A DNA stretch of 64,000 nucleotides from Spirochaetia bacterium (GCA_965225855.1 CBDDCK010000005.1:128001-192000); one strand, 5' to 3'; counted from the first letter of the stretch, positions 20,003 through 30,524 are shown. Translations and numbers: made by a program. The notes: a model not told the origin generated them from the sequence alone.

Positions 20003-20080
20003 AACTTAAGACTAGGTCATATACTTTGATGGTTTGGATTTGCGCTTGGGTCGCACTGGTAGCATTTAAGTTAGAACCTT
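19998..20080 (-). pseudogene. Isolated internal fragment of a lipoprotein A module
   Basis: Translates GSNLNATSATQAQIQTIKVYDLVLSSY; DNA matches about 18786-18870. Confidence 0.88.
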
Positions 20081-20305
20081 TTGCTAATTTTTGGCATTAC
20101 CATTTTTGTCGTTATGGTTACTTTGCCTGTTTTGTTCACTAAGTTTATTGCCTCTTTTCAGAGAATACATGTTTTAAAATAATGCTATTGAACAATATAC
20201 GATCTTATTGATCATATAGTTAAAATTAACTAAATTTTATGCAATTTTTTCTTGACAGTTATTATAAAGTCTGTCATTTTGTTATCTATAGTCAAGAGGC
20301 GTAAA

Positions 20306-21079
20306 ATGGCAGATAAGCAATATAATATAACATATAATTTTTCAAAGCAGACTGCTCTTATTACTGGGGCAGCTACAGGTATAGGGTATGCAATAGCGGA
20401 AATGTTTGCACAAAGCAAGGCAAATATTATACTTGTTGATAAAAGCACAGACATAGGAGAGAAAGCAAATACTCTTGCAAAAAAATATAGTGTAAACACT
20501 ACTGGTATTGAATGTAACATTACCAGTACTGATTGTATTGCGCAGATGAAAGAAACGGCATTACATGCTTTTCCTCAAGTGGATATTCTTGTCAACAATG
20601 CAGGTATTGCTGTGTTAGAAAAAGCAGAAACGCTTGCTAAGGAGCATTGGGATGCGACACTTGCAGTAAATCTTAGTGCCGCTTTTTTTATAACTCAGGC
20701 CTTTGTTCCAGAAATGATACAAAGAAAAAAAGGAAAAATAGTAAATATTGCATCGCAGGCAGGAGTGATAGCACTAGATAAACATGTAGCATACTGTGTA
20801 AGCAAAGCTGGTATTATTTCTATGACAAAAGTGATGGCTCTTGAATGGGGAACATATAATATTAATATCAATGCGGTATCTCCTACTGTGGTATTAACTG
20901 AACTAGGCAAAAAAGCATGGGCAGGAAAAATAGGAGAAGATATGAAGAAAAAAATACCTACCAAACGTTTTGCTTTTCCAGAAGAAATTGCTGCAACAGT
21001 TATGTTTTTGTCCAGTGCTGCGTCTGATATGGTACACGGTGAAAATATACTTATTGATGGTGGATATTCAATTCAATAA
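20306..21079 (+). CDS. Short-chain polyol dehydrogenase (GolD/DthD, D-threitol dehydrogenase-like)
   Basis: TGAATGIG, NNAG, ASQAGVIAL..HVAYCVSK and SPTVVLTELGKKAW motifs. Confidence 0.85.
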   Translation: MADKQYNITYNFSKQTALITGAATGIGYAIAEMFAQSKANIILVDKSTDIGEKANTLAKKYSVNTTGIECNITSTDCIAQMKETALHAFPQVDILVNNAGIAVLEKAETLAKEHWDATLAVNLSAAFFITQAFVPEMIQRKKGKIVNIASQAGVIALDKHVAYCVSKAGIISMTKVMALEWGTYNININAVSPTVVLTELGKKAWAGKIGEDMKKKIPTKRFAFPEEIAATVMFLSSAASDMVHGENILIDGGYSIQ

Positions 21080-22563
21080 TGAATAAACACTCTCTGCAAA
21101 TACAACATGTTTCTAAAAGTTTTGGTGGCATACAAGCATTACGTGATGTTTCCTTTACTGTTGCGAAACGATCGGTTCATGCACTGTGTGGAGAGAATGG
21201 GGCAGGAAAATCTACCCTTATGAAAATTTTAAGTGGAGAGATCAAAAAATATGATGGGAAGATTCTTCTTGATGATAAAATAATACAATGGATTTCTCCC
21301 CATGATGCTTTGTATGGAGGTATAGCAATAATAGCACAAGAGCTTAATCCTCTGCTTGATATGACCATAGCAGAAAATATCTTTTTAGGAAGAGAGCCTG
21401 TTACAATGGGTTTTCTTAATAGAAAGCTATTGTATGCAAAAGCAAAAAAAGCACTTTCCTATTTTGATTTAGATTTTGATGTCTCAAAAAAGCTACGCGA
21501 GTTGAGTATTGCACAAATACAGTTGATAGAAATTGTTAAGGCAATTTCGTATAATTCTGCAGTCATAATAATGGACGAGCCAACATCAGCTATTGGAGAA
21601 CAAGAAACACAGAGATTGTTTGCTATCATACGTAAATTAAAACAAGAGAATAGAACCATAATATATATATCTCATAGAATGAATGAGATATATACCATAG
21701 CTGATGATGTTACTGTTTTAAGGGATGGACATCATATTATAAGCACTCATCTTACTGATCTTTCCTCTGATGAGCTTGTGTACAATATGATAGGGCAAAA
21801 GATAAGTAGCTCATACTTTGTTCCTCCAAAACCTTTGCAAAAAAAGAGTCCTTTATTGGATGTTGTAGCTATTTCAAAGAAGCAACGTTTTACTCACACT
21901 AGTTTTACGCTCCACAAAAAAGAAATACTGGGTATATTTGGGTTGATGGGGTCTGGTCGAAGTACGCTTCTCAAAATGCTATTTGGGATAGAGAAGTTTG
22001 ATGAAGGTTCTGTATTGCTTGAAGGAAAAGAAATAGATTGTAGTAATCCAGCTAGGGCATTATCATCTGGACTTGGTTTTGTCGTTGAAGATAGAAAGCA
22101 AATGGGGCTTATCATAGATCATCCCATTCGTAGCAATCTCACTCTTTCTTCTCTTCCTTCTCTTTCTTTTGGAGGATTTATAAAGCGTTTTGAAGAAAGG
22201 CAAAAAGTTACTGCAACAATGAATGCCTTTAATATAAAAGCAACGTCTCAAGCACAGGCAACCAACAGTCTGAGTGGAGGTAATCAGCAGAAAGTAGTAA
22301 TAGGAAAGTGGGTGCTAACAAGCCCTTCTGTACTCCTATTAGACGAACCTACACGTGGTATTGATATAGGAGCAAAGCATGAAATATATCAATTTATGAA
22401 TAAATATATTGAGGATGAAAGAGGCATTATTATGGTCTCTTCTGAACTTCCAGAGATATTGGCAATGTCCCATAGAGTACTGTTGTTTAAGAAAGGATGT
22501 ATTGTTGCAGAGCGAGAAAGAGCTGATTTTGATCAAGAAGAATTTATGCGTTTAATATCATAG
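21079..22563 (+). CDS. Sugar ABC transporter ATP-binding protein (CUT2, RbsA-like)
   Basis: GENGAGKSTL, DEPT, LSGGNQQKV, DEPTRGIDIGAK. Confidence 0.95.
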   Translation: MNKHSLQIQHVSKSFGGIQALRDVSFTVAKRSVHALCGENGAGKSTLMKILSGEIKKYDGKILLDDKIIQWISPHDALYGGIAIIAQELNPLLDMTIAENIFLGREPVTMGFLNRKLLYAKAKKALSYFDLDFDVSKKLRELSIAQIQLIEIVKAISYNSAVIIMDEPTSAIGEQETQRLFAIIRKLKQENRTIIYISHRMNEIYTIADDVTVLRDGHHIISTHLTDLSSDELVYNMIGQKISSSYFVPPKPLQKKSPLLDVVAISKKQRFTHTSFTLHKKEILGIFGLMGSGRSTLLKMLFGIEKFDEGSVLLEGKEIDCSNPARALSSGLGFVVEDRKQMGLIIDHPIRSNLTLSSLPSLSFGGFIKRFEERQKVTATMNAFNIKATSQAQATNSLSGGNQQKVVIGKWVLTSPSVLLLDEPTRGIDIGAKHEIYQFMNKYIEDERGIIMVSSELPEILAMSHRVLLFKKGCIVAERERADFDQEEFMRLIS

Positions 22564-22571
22564 GAGACAGT

Positions 22572-23546
22572 ATGGGTAAGATACATATTATTAAGCATAT
22601 ATCTAAAAACATAAGTTCTCAGTATGGCATTGTGCTTGTATTTTTCATATTGTGCTTAGCACTATACATAGCAACACCAAATTTTCTAGTATCAAGAAAT
22701 CTTATAAATGTTTTACGACAAATATCAATAAATGGACTCCTGTCCTTAGGAATGACTTTTGTAATTCTTACGGGAGGCATAGACCTATCTGTCGGTTCTA
22801 TTCTTGCCTTTTCTGGGGTAGTAGCGGCAAGCCTTGCAAGTAGTACCAGCGGAGGAATCGTGTCCCCGGTTTCTGTAATAGTAATGCTTGCCATACTATC
22901 AGGTATCATTTTAGGGGCAGTGAATGGTTTTTTTATTGCCTTTCTACGAGTGCCTGCTTTTGTGGTAACGCTTGGTATGCTTAGTATTGCCAGAGGAGTT
23001 ACCTATATTTATTCTGATGGAAAACCTATTCCTCAACTAAGTCCTTCGTTCTTACAATTAGGGCAAGGCACACTGTTGGGAGGTATCCCTTTCCCTGTGG
23101 TGATTGTATTTGTGGCATTTGTTCTGTTATATATTCTTCTTTATTTCACAAGCTATGGAAGATATGTATATGCCGTGGGAGGAAATGAAAAAAGTGCTTG
23201 GGTATCGGGAATAAACATAAAAATAATATATTTTTCAGTGTATGTCATTTCTGGTATTATGGCAGCTTTGGGAGGTATCATTATTACGGCACGTACCACT
23301 GCGGGACTACCACAAGCAGGGCAGGCGTATGAGTTAGATGCTATTGCAGCTGTGGTAATTGGTGGGACAAATTTAAAGGGAGGAAAAGGTACTCTCATAG
23401 GAACGATATTTGGCGTATTGATTATAGGCGTTATAAATAATGGACTAAATTTACTAGGAGTTTCTTCCTATTTTCAACAGGTTATAAAAGGCTCTATTAT
23501 CATTCTTGCAGTGATGTTAGACTCTTTACGATATGCTAATGAATAA
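22572..23546 (+). CDS. Sugar ABC transporter permease (RbsC-like)
   Basis: GGIDLSVGS, VPAFVVTLG, YAVGGNE, YELDAIAAVVIGG. Confidence 0.95.
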   Translation: MGKIHIIKHISKNISSQYGIVLVFFILCLALYIATPNFLVSRNLINVLRQISINGLLSLGMTFVILTGGIDLSVGSILAFSGVVAASLASSTSGGIVSPVSVIVMLAILSGIILGAVNGFFIAFLRVPAFVVTLGMLSIARGVTYIYSDGKPIPQLSPSFLQLGQGTLLGGIPFPVVIVFVAFVLLYILLYFTSYGRYVYAVGGNEKSAWVSGINIKIIYFSVYVISGIMAALGGIIITARTTAGLPQAGQAYELDAIAAVVIGGTNLKGGKGTLIGTIFGVLIIGVINNGLNLLGVSSYFQQVIKGSIIILAVMLDSLRYANE

Positions 23547-23564
23547 AAATAATAAGGAGGCTTT

Positions 23565-24572
23565 ATGAAAAAGTTTTATTTCGTATTGATAACTATACTA
23601 ACAATAGTTATGTCTGTGTTTGTTATGTCTTGTAACAGAGGTAACAAAAAAGTACAGGTGGGAGCTGCTGTGTATGGACTTAAAGGAGAGTTTATGCGTT
23701 TATGGACAACTGCATTGGAACGACATCCAGCAGTAGTTGCAGGCGAAGTGGATATTACTGTTTTTGATGGTAACTACGATGCATCAGTGCAGTACAGTCA
23801 GTTTGAAACAATGGTATCACAAGGATATGATGCGATACTCTTTGTTCCTATTGATATTGAAGCAGGGGTAGCCGCAGTAGATCTAGCAGTAGAAGCTGAT
23901 ATTCCTGTCATAGGGTCCAATACTCGGGTAAATACAAATAAGTTGCACTCGTATATCGGCTCTGATGATGTAATATCAGGTGCTATGGAAGCTCAATCTG
24001 TTGTTGATGGCATGGGAGGGAGAGGCAACCTCGTAATTATAGAAGGCCCTATAGGGCAATCTGCACAAATTCAAAGAAGAGAAGGCAATCTTAAGGTATT
24101 ACAAAAGTATCCTGATATACAAGTTCTGGAAATGAACACAGCAAACTGGTCTCGTGCCGAAGCATTATCGTTAATGGAAGATTGGCTTAATTCTCATCCA
24201 GGACAGATAAATGGTGTTATTGGACAAAATGATGAGATGGCACTTGGTGCTATTCAAGCTATTAAGCAAGCAGGATTGAATATAAAAGATTTTGCTATTG
24301 CAGGGATAGATGGGGTAACAGATGCAATGTACGCAGTGAAAGATAATCAAATGAACAGCATACTACAAGATGCTGTTGGACAAGCACAGGGAGCGTTGGA
24401 TTTGGCACTTCGTGCAGTGTTGGGTGATAATTATGTTCCTAAGGCAGATGTATGGAAAGATTTAGATTGGGAAAATGGTATGCAAAAACTGTATAATGTT
24501 CCTTGGGTTCCAATCACTCTTCAAAATGTAGATGACTTACTTACAACAAGGCAGGCATTGACAAATGAATAA
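23565..24572 (+). CDS. Sugar/polyol ABC substrate-binding lipoprotein
   Basis: Lipobox VMSC; periplasmic binding protein type 1 motifs ANWSR, QNDEMALGA, GIDG. Confidence 0.92.
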   Translation: MKKFYFVLITILTIVMSVFVMSCNRGNKKVQVGAAVYGLKGEFMRLWTTALERHPAVVAGEVDITVFDGNYDASVQYSQFETMVSQGYDAILFVPIDIEAGVAAVDLAVEADIPVIGSNTRVNTNKLHSYIGSDDVISGAMEAQSVVDGMGGRGNLVIIEGPIGQSAQIQRREGNLKVLQKYPDIQVLEMNTANWSRAEALSLMEDWLNSHPGQINGVIGQNDEMALGAIQAIKQAGLNIKDFAIAGIDGVTDAMYAVKDNQMNSILQDAVGQAQGALDLALRAVLGDNYVPKADVWKDLDWENGMQKLYNVPWVPITLQNVDDLLTTRQALTNE

Positions 24573-24644
24573 AAAACTTAGCCGCCGTATTCCAGCTTCC
24601 GATAGGATATTTGTATTAATAAATTCTTTTCATGGAGGTTTAAT

Positions 24645-25610
24645 ATGAAAAAGAAAATTTCTATCGTGGGGCTTGCTTGTTGGCTTTTGGTTTTTAGCTT
24701 TACAGCATTACATGCAAGAGGCAACACCAGTAAGGCTAAATATAAAGTGGCTTATATAGCCCGCGCTCAGGCGGATTCCTTTGCCGCATGGCTGGCAAAT
24801 TCTATTAAAGCAGAAGCCGAAAAATATCCCGATATTGACGTGAAAGTCTTTGATGGGCAAGCATCCGATAGTGTCGAAAACTCGCTTATTGAGAATGCAA
24901 TTGTGAATGGTTTTGATGCAATCATCATTCAACCAAACAACGGTGAGTCGCAAAGACCTTATGCAGAAAAAGTTGTGCAGGCAGGAATCATTTGTATTAC
25001 AACCAATGCTCGTATTGCGGGTATTAAAGGCGCCTCTTCTGTAGATGCAGACCCTTATGAACAAGCTGCGGTACAAGCCCGCGCTGCCTTAAAACAAATT
25101 CCCCAAGATGCCAAGGTGGTTGTTCTTAATGGGCCTCCTGGAAACTTTCATGCCGATCAGCGCCGCCTTAGTTGGAAAAAAGAATTTTTTGATAAACGGC
25201 CGGATGTAAGCATTGTAGGAGAACAAATTGCCAATTGGAATAAAGAAGAAGCCGTCAGTTTGATGGAAGACTGGGTCCAGGCAAACAGTACCATTGATGC
25301 AATTATTTCCATGAATGACAACATGGCCGCCGGTGCTTTAGAAGTGGTGAAAGGCAATCCTAAATTTGCCCAAATTTTGTCCTATGGGGTTGATGGCACG
25401 GCTGAAGCGGCCTTACTAATTAAGGAAGGCAGAATGACTTCCACAACTTTACAAAATGCCTATGAGCTGGCAGAAAAACTACTAATGGTTACAGAACAAT
25501 TATTGGCCGGTCAGAAAAAGCAAATTGATCTAGATATAGGCACTCCGTCTATTACCAAAGACAATGTAGATCAATACATAGAAATGCACCGTCAAGCAGG
25601 GAATCTCTAG
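24645..25610 (+). CDS. Second sugar ABC substrate-binding protein
   Basis: ANWNKEEA, MNDNMAAGA, GVDG; signal peptide. Confidence 0.92.
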   Translation: MKKKISIVGLACWLLVFSFTALHARGNTSKAKYKVAYIARAQADSFAAWLANSIKAEAEKYPDIDVKVFDGQASDSVENSLIENAIVNGFDAIIIQPNNGESQRPYAEKVVQAGIICITTNARIAGIKGASSVDADPYEQAAVQARAALKQIPQDAKVVVLNGPPGNFHADQRRLSWKKEFFDKRPDVSIVGEQIANWNKEEAVSLMEDWVQANSTIDAIISMNDNMAAGALEVVKGNPKFAQILSYGVDGTAEAALLIKEGRMTSTTLQNAYELAEKLLMVTEQLLAGQKKQIDLDIGTPSITKDNVDQYIEMHRQAGNL

Positions 25611-25615
25611 CATAT

Positions 25616-25670
25616 ATATCCAAGATTATTCAATGTCCCCACATTGGTATATCTTGGATATTACTTTCTT
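25616..25670 (+). terminator. Intra-operonic stem-loop after the substrate-binding gene
   Basis: ATATCCAAGAT...CAATGT-cccc-ACATTG...ATCTTGGATAT. Confidence 0.6.
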
Positions 25671-25708
25671 TAGATATTAAGATTCGCCGCTAATAAGTCC
25701 ATAATATA

Positions 25709-27235
25709 ATGGCAAGCAACGTACTCGAAATTGCTGGTATTACGAAATCTTTTCCCGGTGTAAAAGCATTGGAGAATGTATCTCTTTCTATAAAAAAAGG
25801 TTCGGTACATGCTCTTTGTGGTGAGAATGGTGCGGGCAAATCCACTCTAATGAAAATTATTAACGGTCTACACCAAGCAGATGCAGGCAAAATACTTGTC
25901 AAAGGAGAACCTGTACATATCAAGAGCCCGTTTCAAGCCCGAGAATATGGAATTGCTATGATCTTTCAGGAATTAAATTATATCCCAGAAATGTCCATTG
26001 AAGAAAATTTTTATTTGGGGGAGTGGCCTTCCCGCTTTAAAAGTATTTTTCGTAATATCCGCTGGAAAGAACTCCGCAAAAATATTGGAGCACTGTTACA
26101 AAATGAAAAACTTCCCTATTTACCTACAACAAAAATAAAATACCTTTCGATTTCGGAAATACAACATTTGGAAATTTTAAAAGCGGTATCTAAAAATGCG
26201 GAAATTATCATCATGGATGAGCCGAGTTCTGCCATTACAGAGCGAGAAGTTGCGCTATTATTTGAGAAGATTGCCCAACTAAAAAAATTGGGTACGAGTA
26301 TTCTCTATATTTCTCACAAAATGGATGAGATATTCCAAATAGCCGATGATATTACCGTACTTAGAGATGGTCGTGCTATTGAAACCAGAATCAAAGAAGA
26401 TTTTACGATAAACGAAGTGATCTCCCTGATGGTTGGCAGAACCATATCTGAAAATTATCCGCCTAAATATTCGAGCCACTCTGGAAACTCTCTTGAATCC
26501 AATGAAAAAAGCCCCCAGATAGCGATTCAAGTAGAAAATCTATGTAGAGAAAATGTTTTGCATAATATAAGTTTTCACGGATATAAAGGTGAAATTGTTG
26601 GTTTTTCAGGTTTAATGGGGGCCGGTAGAACAGAGCTTATGAGAGCCCTTTTTGGACTAGATAATTTTGGTTTTGGGACCATCCAAATTCACGGAAAAAA
26701 TTGCCGTATTCGCAAGGTATCGGATAGCATTTCCTACGGTATGGCAATGTTAACGGAAGATAGAAAACGTTATGGCATTATACCGATGCGTTCTATTCGG
26801 GAAAACACAACTTTAACGACCTTATATAATTTTTATTCCAAAGGATTTCTGCACAAAAAGAAAGAATTTTTAGGAACGCAAGATATTTGTCAAAAGTTAA
26901 ATTTAAATACGAATGATTATGAAAAAATGATTTGTACATTAAGCGGAGGCAATCAACAAAAAGTAATTCTTGCCAGATTATTATTATTGGACCCAGAAAT
27001 ATTAATTATGGACGAACCTACCAGAGGGATTGATGTTGGGGCAAAGTATGAAATTTATAAAATCATCAGGCATTTGGCGGCACAAGGAAAAACAATTATT
27101 TTTATTTCTTCCGAATTACCAGAATTAATGGGCATGTCCGATCGGATATATGTAATGTCTGGCGGAAAAATCCGCGGAGAATTAACCAGAAAAGAATTTT
27201 CTCAAGAGAAAATTCTACAGCTAGCAGTTTTATAG
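25709..27235 (+). CDS. Second sugar ABC ATP-binding protein
   Basis: GENGAGKSTL, LSGGNQQKV, DEPTRGIDVGAK. Confidence 0.95.
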   Translation: MASNVLEIAGITKSFPGVKALENVSLSIKKGSVHALCGENGAGKSTLMKIINGLHQADAGKILVKGEPVHIKSPFQAREYGIAMIFQELNYIPEMSIEENFYLGEWPSRFKSIFRNIRWKELRKNIGALLQNEKLPYLPTTKIKYLSISEIQHLEILKAVSKNAEIIIMDEPSSAITEREVALLFEKIAQLKKLGTSILYISHKMDEIFQIADDITVLRDGRAIETRIKEDFTINEVISLMVGRTISENYPPKYSSHSGNSLESNEKSPQIAIQVENLCRENVLHNISFHGYKGEIVGFSGLMGAGRTELMRALFGLDNFGFGTIQIHGKNCRIRKVSDSISYGMAMLTEDRKRYGIIPMRSIRENTTLTTLYNFYSKGFLHKKKEFLGTQDICQKLNLNTNDYEKMICTLSGGNQQKVILARLLLLDPEILIMDEPTRGIDVGAKYEIYKIIRHLAAQGKTIIFISSELPELMGMSDRIYVMSGGKIRGELTRKEFSQEKILQLAVL

Positions 27236-27255
27236 CGAAAGGATTAAAGGATTAT

Positions 27256-28215
27256 ATGAAAAAAAGTTACCATATATTGCAAGCCATACAAGAAAAATAT
27301 CGTATTTTTTTTATATTAATTATTATGATTATGGCATCTTCCTTGATTAATCCTAACTTTTTGAGCTTGGCCAATTTATCCAATGTATCCCGCCAGGTTT
27401 CTGTAACGACAATCTTGGCATTTGGGGCAACGATATTGATTATCTGCGGTCTCATTGATTTATCGTGCGGTTCTGTCCTTGCACTATCGGGCTTGCTTTC
27501 GGTTTCTGTATTGAAAAATACCGGCTCGTTGTTTTTTGCATTTATTACGGCAATTGTAGTTAGTGTTGCAGCCAACTTGATTAATGCCATCATGGTTACC
27601 CGATTTCGAGTTCCGGCATTTATTGCCACACTAGCTATGCTTGCCATGGCACGAGGCACTGCGCTGTTATATACCAAGGGGCAAAATATTTATCAAATTG
27701 AAAGATATACTATCTTCAGTCAAAGCTCTGTTTGGGGCGTTCCCACGCCTTTGCTTTTTTTATGCTTCTTTTTGCTGGTTACCTGGTATGTTTTACAGAA
27801 TACCATATTAGGACGGTCTTTATTTGCCATCGGAGGCAATGAAAATGCCGCTATTGCCTCGGGAATCGATTCCCATCGGTGCAAAATATGGGCATTTCTC
27901 ATTAATGGGATTTTTGTCGGAGTGGCGGGAGTTTTATTTATGTCGCGTGTCAATGCTGGTTTACCGAATGCGGCAATTGGCTATGAGCTACATGCACTCA
28001 CCGCTTCTATCATTGGCGGAACCAGTTTTTCCGGTGGTATTGGCACAGCGGCCGGTACCGCCGCCGGAGCATTTATTGTGGGCTTTTTAAACAACATTAT
28101 GAATTTAGCCAATGTAGATTCTTACCTACAGCAAGTAGTACGCGGCTTCGTAATTGCACTAGCGGTTATTTATGATATGCACTCAAAAACACAACGAGAA
28201 TCTAGCCGCTATTAA
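27256..28215 (+). CDS. Second sugar ABC permease
   Basis: IDLSCGS, VPAFIATL, AIGGNE, YELHALTASIIGG. Confidence 0.93.
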   Translation: MKKSYHILQAIQEKYRIFFILIIMIMASSLINPNFLSLANLSNVSRQVSVTTILAFGATILIICGLIDLSCGSVLALSGLLSVSVLKNTGSLFFAFITAIVVSVAANLINAIMVTRFRVPAFIATLAMLAMARGTALLYTKGQNIYQIERYTIFSQSSVWGVPTPLLFLCFFLLVTWYVLQNTILGRSLFAIGGNENAAIASGIDSHRCKIWAFLINGIFVGVAGVLFMSRVNAGLPNAAIGYELHALTASIIGGTSFSGGIGTAAGTAAGAFIVGFLNNIMNLANVDSYLQQVVRGFVIALAVIYDMHSKTQRESSRY

Positions 28216-28390
28216 TAGAAAAAATACTTTTCACTTTTCTTAAAACAAGTCCAGTATAAAACTCTACGCTGATGCAGGACGTGATAACTTTGTGCCATCG
28301 GACATGATAACTCGATTTTTTTCTACTTACCAAGGCTATAATTGGCAAAAGCAGCCTTGATAAATTTTTTAGTGCCTTGCTATGATATAG

Positions 28391-28430
28391 CTTTCCGCCT
28401 TGGATCAAGGCCTTGATCCAAGGCGGAAAG
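28391..28430. repeat. Perfect 40-bp palindrome without a loop
   Basis: CTTTCCGCCTTGGATCAAGG|CCTTGATCCAAGGCGGAAAG. Confidence 0.97.
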
Positions 28431-28679
28431 ATGTATTGCACCAATGCGGAACAATACTTTATACCAAGGCTATAATTAGTAAAAAGCAGCCTTGATAAAA
28501 AAACTTACCAAGGCTGCAATTGGCCAATGCAAGCGTTGCAACAACAAGATACAGCCTAATAGCCCAACAAAAAAGCCAACCAAGCATTGCTTACAGCATT
28601 TACTTGGTTGGCCTGCCCGCTAGCTTTCACTTAGCTGCTCTAAGAGCTATTGGGCAAGTAAGGTTAAACCAAACCCTAC

Positions 28680-30524
28680 TTACCTATTGAAAACTTTAAT
28701 ACCAGTGGTTGGGTCTTCTGGACTACCAGGTACAAATTCTGCTGCTGCTTCCAGGTTATATGCACCATTAGCATCACTATCACCATCGTTAACCAGTATC
28801 TTATTGACTTCCGCTTTTACATTACCGCTTAAAGTAATCCTTAAGCTTGTTGCACCTGCACCAGAACCTGTGGCTTTGTTTGCACCTGCAGTTGAGTGCC
28901 GTGGTAATGAGTATCTCTTTCTACCATCACCAGATACAAGCGTCAATTTGCTAAAGTCCCAGTCTGCAACTGCTCTCGGTAACCTGCTACCACTAATAAA
29001 TAACTCGCCTGTATTAGCTATGTAGGTTACGGAGTTGATCTGGCTTACGTAGCCACTAACGGTAATAGGATTGCTTGTGTCTTCTGCGCTACCAACTGCA
29101 AAGCCTGCTGCTGCTTCCAGGTTGTATGCACCAGTATTATCACTATCACCAGTCTTAACCAGTATCTTCTCGGCTTCCGCTTTTACACTACCGCTTAAAG
29201 TAATAGTTAAGTAGGTTGTACCTGCACGAGAACCTGTGGCTGTGTTTTCACCTGCAGTTTCGTGCTCGGGTAATGGGTATCTCTTACTACCATCACCGGA
29301 TACAAGCGTCAATTTGCTAAAGTCCCATCTTGCAATTGATGTCGGTAACTTGATACCTATAATATATAACTCGCCTGTATTAGCATCGTAGGTTACGGAG
29401 GTGATGCTGGCTGTATACCCGCTAACGGTAATAGGATTGGTTGTGTCTGCTGCGCTACCACCTGCAAAGCCTGCTGCTGCTTCCAGGTTGTATGCACCAG
29501 CATCATCACTATCACCATCGTTAACCAGTATCTTCTCGGCTTTGGCTTTTACACTACCTAGTAACTGAATATCTAAGCCTGTTGCACTTGCACTAGAACC
29601 TGTGGCTGTGTTTCTATTTTCAAAACCTATGGCTCTGTTTTCTTTACCTGTTGAGTGCCGGGGTAATGGGTATCTATTAGTACCGTCACCGGATACAAGC
29701 GTCAATTTGCTAAAGTCCCAGCCTGTAACTGCTTTTGGTAAATTAGTACCTGTAATCACTAACACGCCTGTAACAACATTGTAGGTTGCACGGGTAATTG
29801 CGGCTTGTTCGACTTGTTCGTCTTTAGGTTGCTTAGGCGACTGCTCTTCGACTTGTTCGACTTGTTCGACTTGTTCAGCTTGTTCGACTTGTTCGTCTTG
29901 TTCGTCTTGTTCGTCTTTAGGTTGCTTAGGCGACTGCTCTTCGACTTGTTCGACTTGTTCAGCTTGTTCGACTTGTTCGTCTTGTTCGTCTTGTTCGTCT
30001 TTAGGTTGCTTAGGCGACTGCTCTTCGACTTGTTCGACTTGTTCGTCTTCAGCTTGTTCGGCTGCGGGTACATTCCTAACGTCCAAGTCTTTAGGTGTAT
30101 TTAAACCCGCCCAAGCACCAGTGCCAACGCTAAGCAACCCTTTTTTTAGACCATTGCTATCCATACCGTCCTTGGCCTCAAGAGTAGCTTTATGTTGATC
30201 GGTAAGTCTAAGCCAAAGCGCTGTGCCATCGCTTTTAATACGGTACTTACCTTGTTCAAGACCGTTACTATTTACCCCAGTGGCTGGGTCATCTGCAGTA
30301 TAGGAACTTAAGGCTACGCCATCTAACGTGATAGTTTGGATTTGCGCTTCTGTAGGACTTAAGTTAGAACCTTGTACGGTTAACAGCGCCGTAGCAAAGT
30401 CGTAGATGGCGTTATTGATAGTCGGCCCAGAAGATCGATCATCGTCATCGGGTGGTGCGCAGGCAAAGGCCATAAAGGCCAGTAGCCAGGCTAATGGCAA
30501 TAAAAATAGTTTGAGCTTATACAT
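28680..30524 (-). CDS. Modular surface lipoprotein, paralog 2 (1 A module, long EQ linker, 3 B modules)
   Basis: Signal MYKLKLFLLPLAWLLAFMAFA-C; same modules as paralog 1. Confidence 0.88.
   Translation of the reverse strand: MYKLKLFLLPLAWLLAFMAFACAPPDDDDRSSGPTINNAIYDFATALLTVQGSNLSPTEAQIQTITLDGVALSSYTADDPATGVNSNGLEQGKYRIKSDGTALWLRLTDQHKATLEAKDGMDSNGLKKGLLSVGTGAWAGLNTPKDLDVRNVPAAEQAEDEQVEQVEEQSPKQPKDEQDEQDEQVEQAEQVEQVEEQSPKQPKDEQDEQDEQVEQAEQVEQVEQVEEQSPKQPKDEQVEQAAITRATYNVVTGVLVITGTNLPKAVTGWDFSKLTLVSGDGTNRYPLPRHSTGKENRAIGFENRNTATGSSASATGLDIQLLGSVKAKAEKILVNDGDSDDAGAYNLEAAAGFAGGSAADTTNPITVSGYTASITSVTYDANTGELYIIGIKLPTSIARWDFSKLTLVSGDGSKRYPLPEHETAGENTATGSRAGTTYLTITLSGSVKAEAEKILVKTGDSDNTGAYNLEAAAGFAVGSAEDTSNPITVSGYVSQINSVTYIANTGELFISGSRLPRAVADWDFSKLTLVSGDGRKRYSLPRHSTAGANKATGSGAGATSLRITLSGNVKAEVNKILVNDGDSDANGAYNLEAAAEFVPGSPEDPTTGIKVFNR
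29803..30062 (-). repeat. Nested coding VNTR: 9-bp units (EQV/EQD/EQA) within higher-order units containing SPKQPKD
   Basis: Repeated ttgttcgac / ttgttcgtc / ttgttcagc and three copies of ttaggttgcttaggcgactgctc. Confidence 0.95.
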
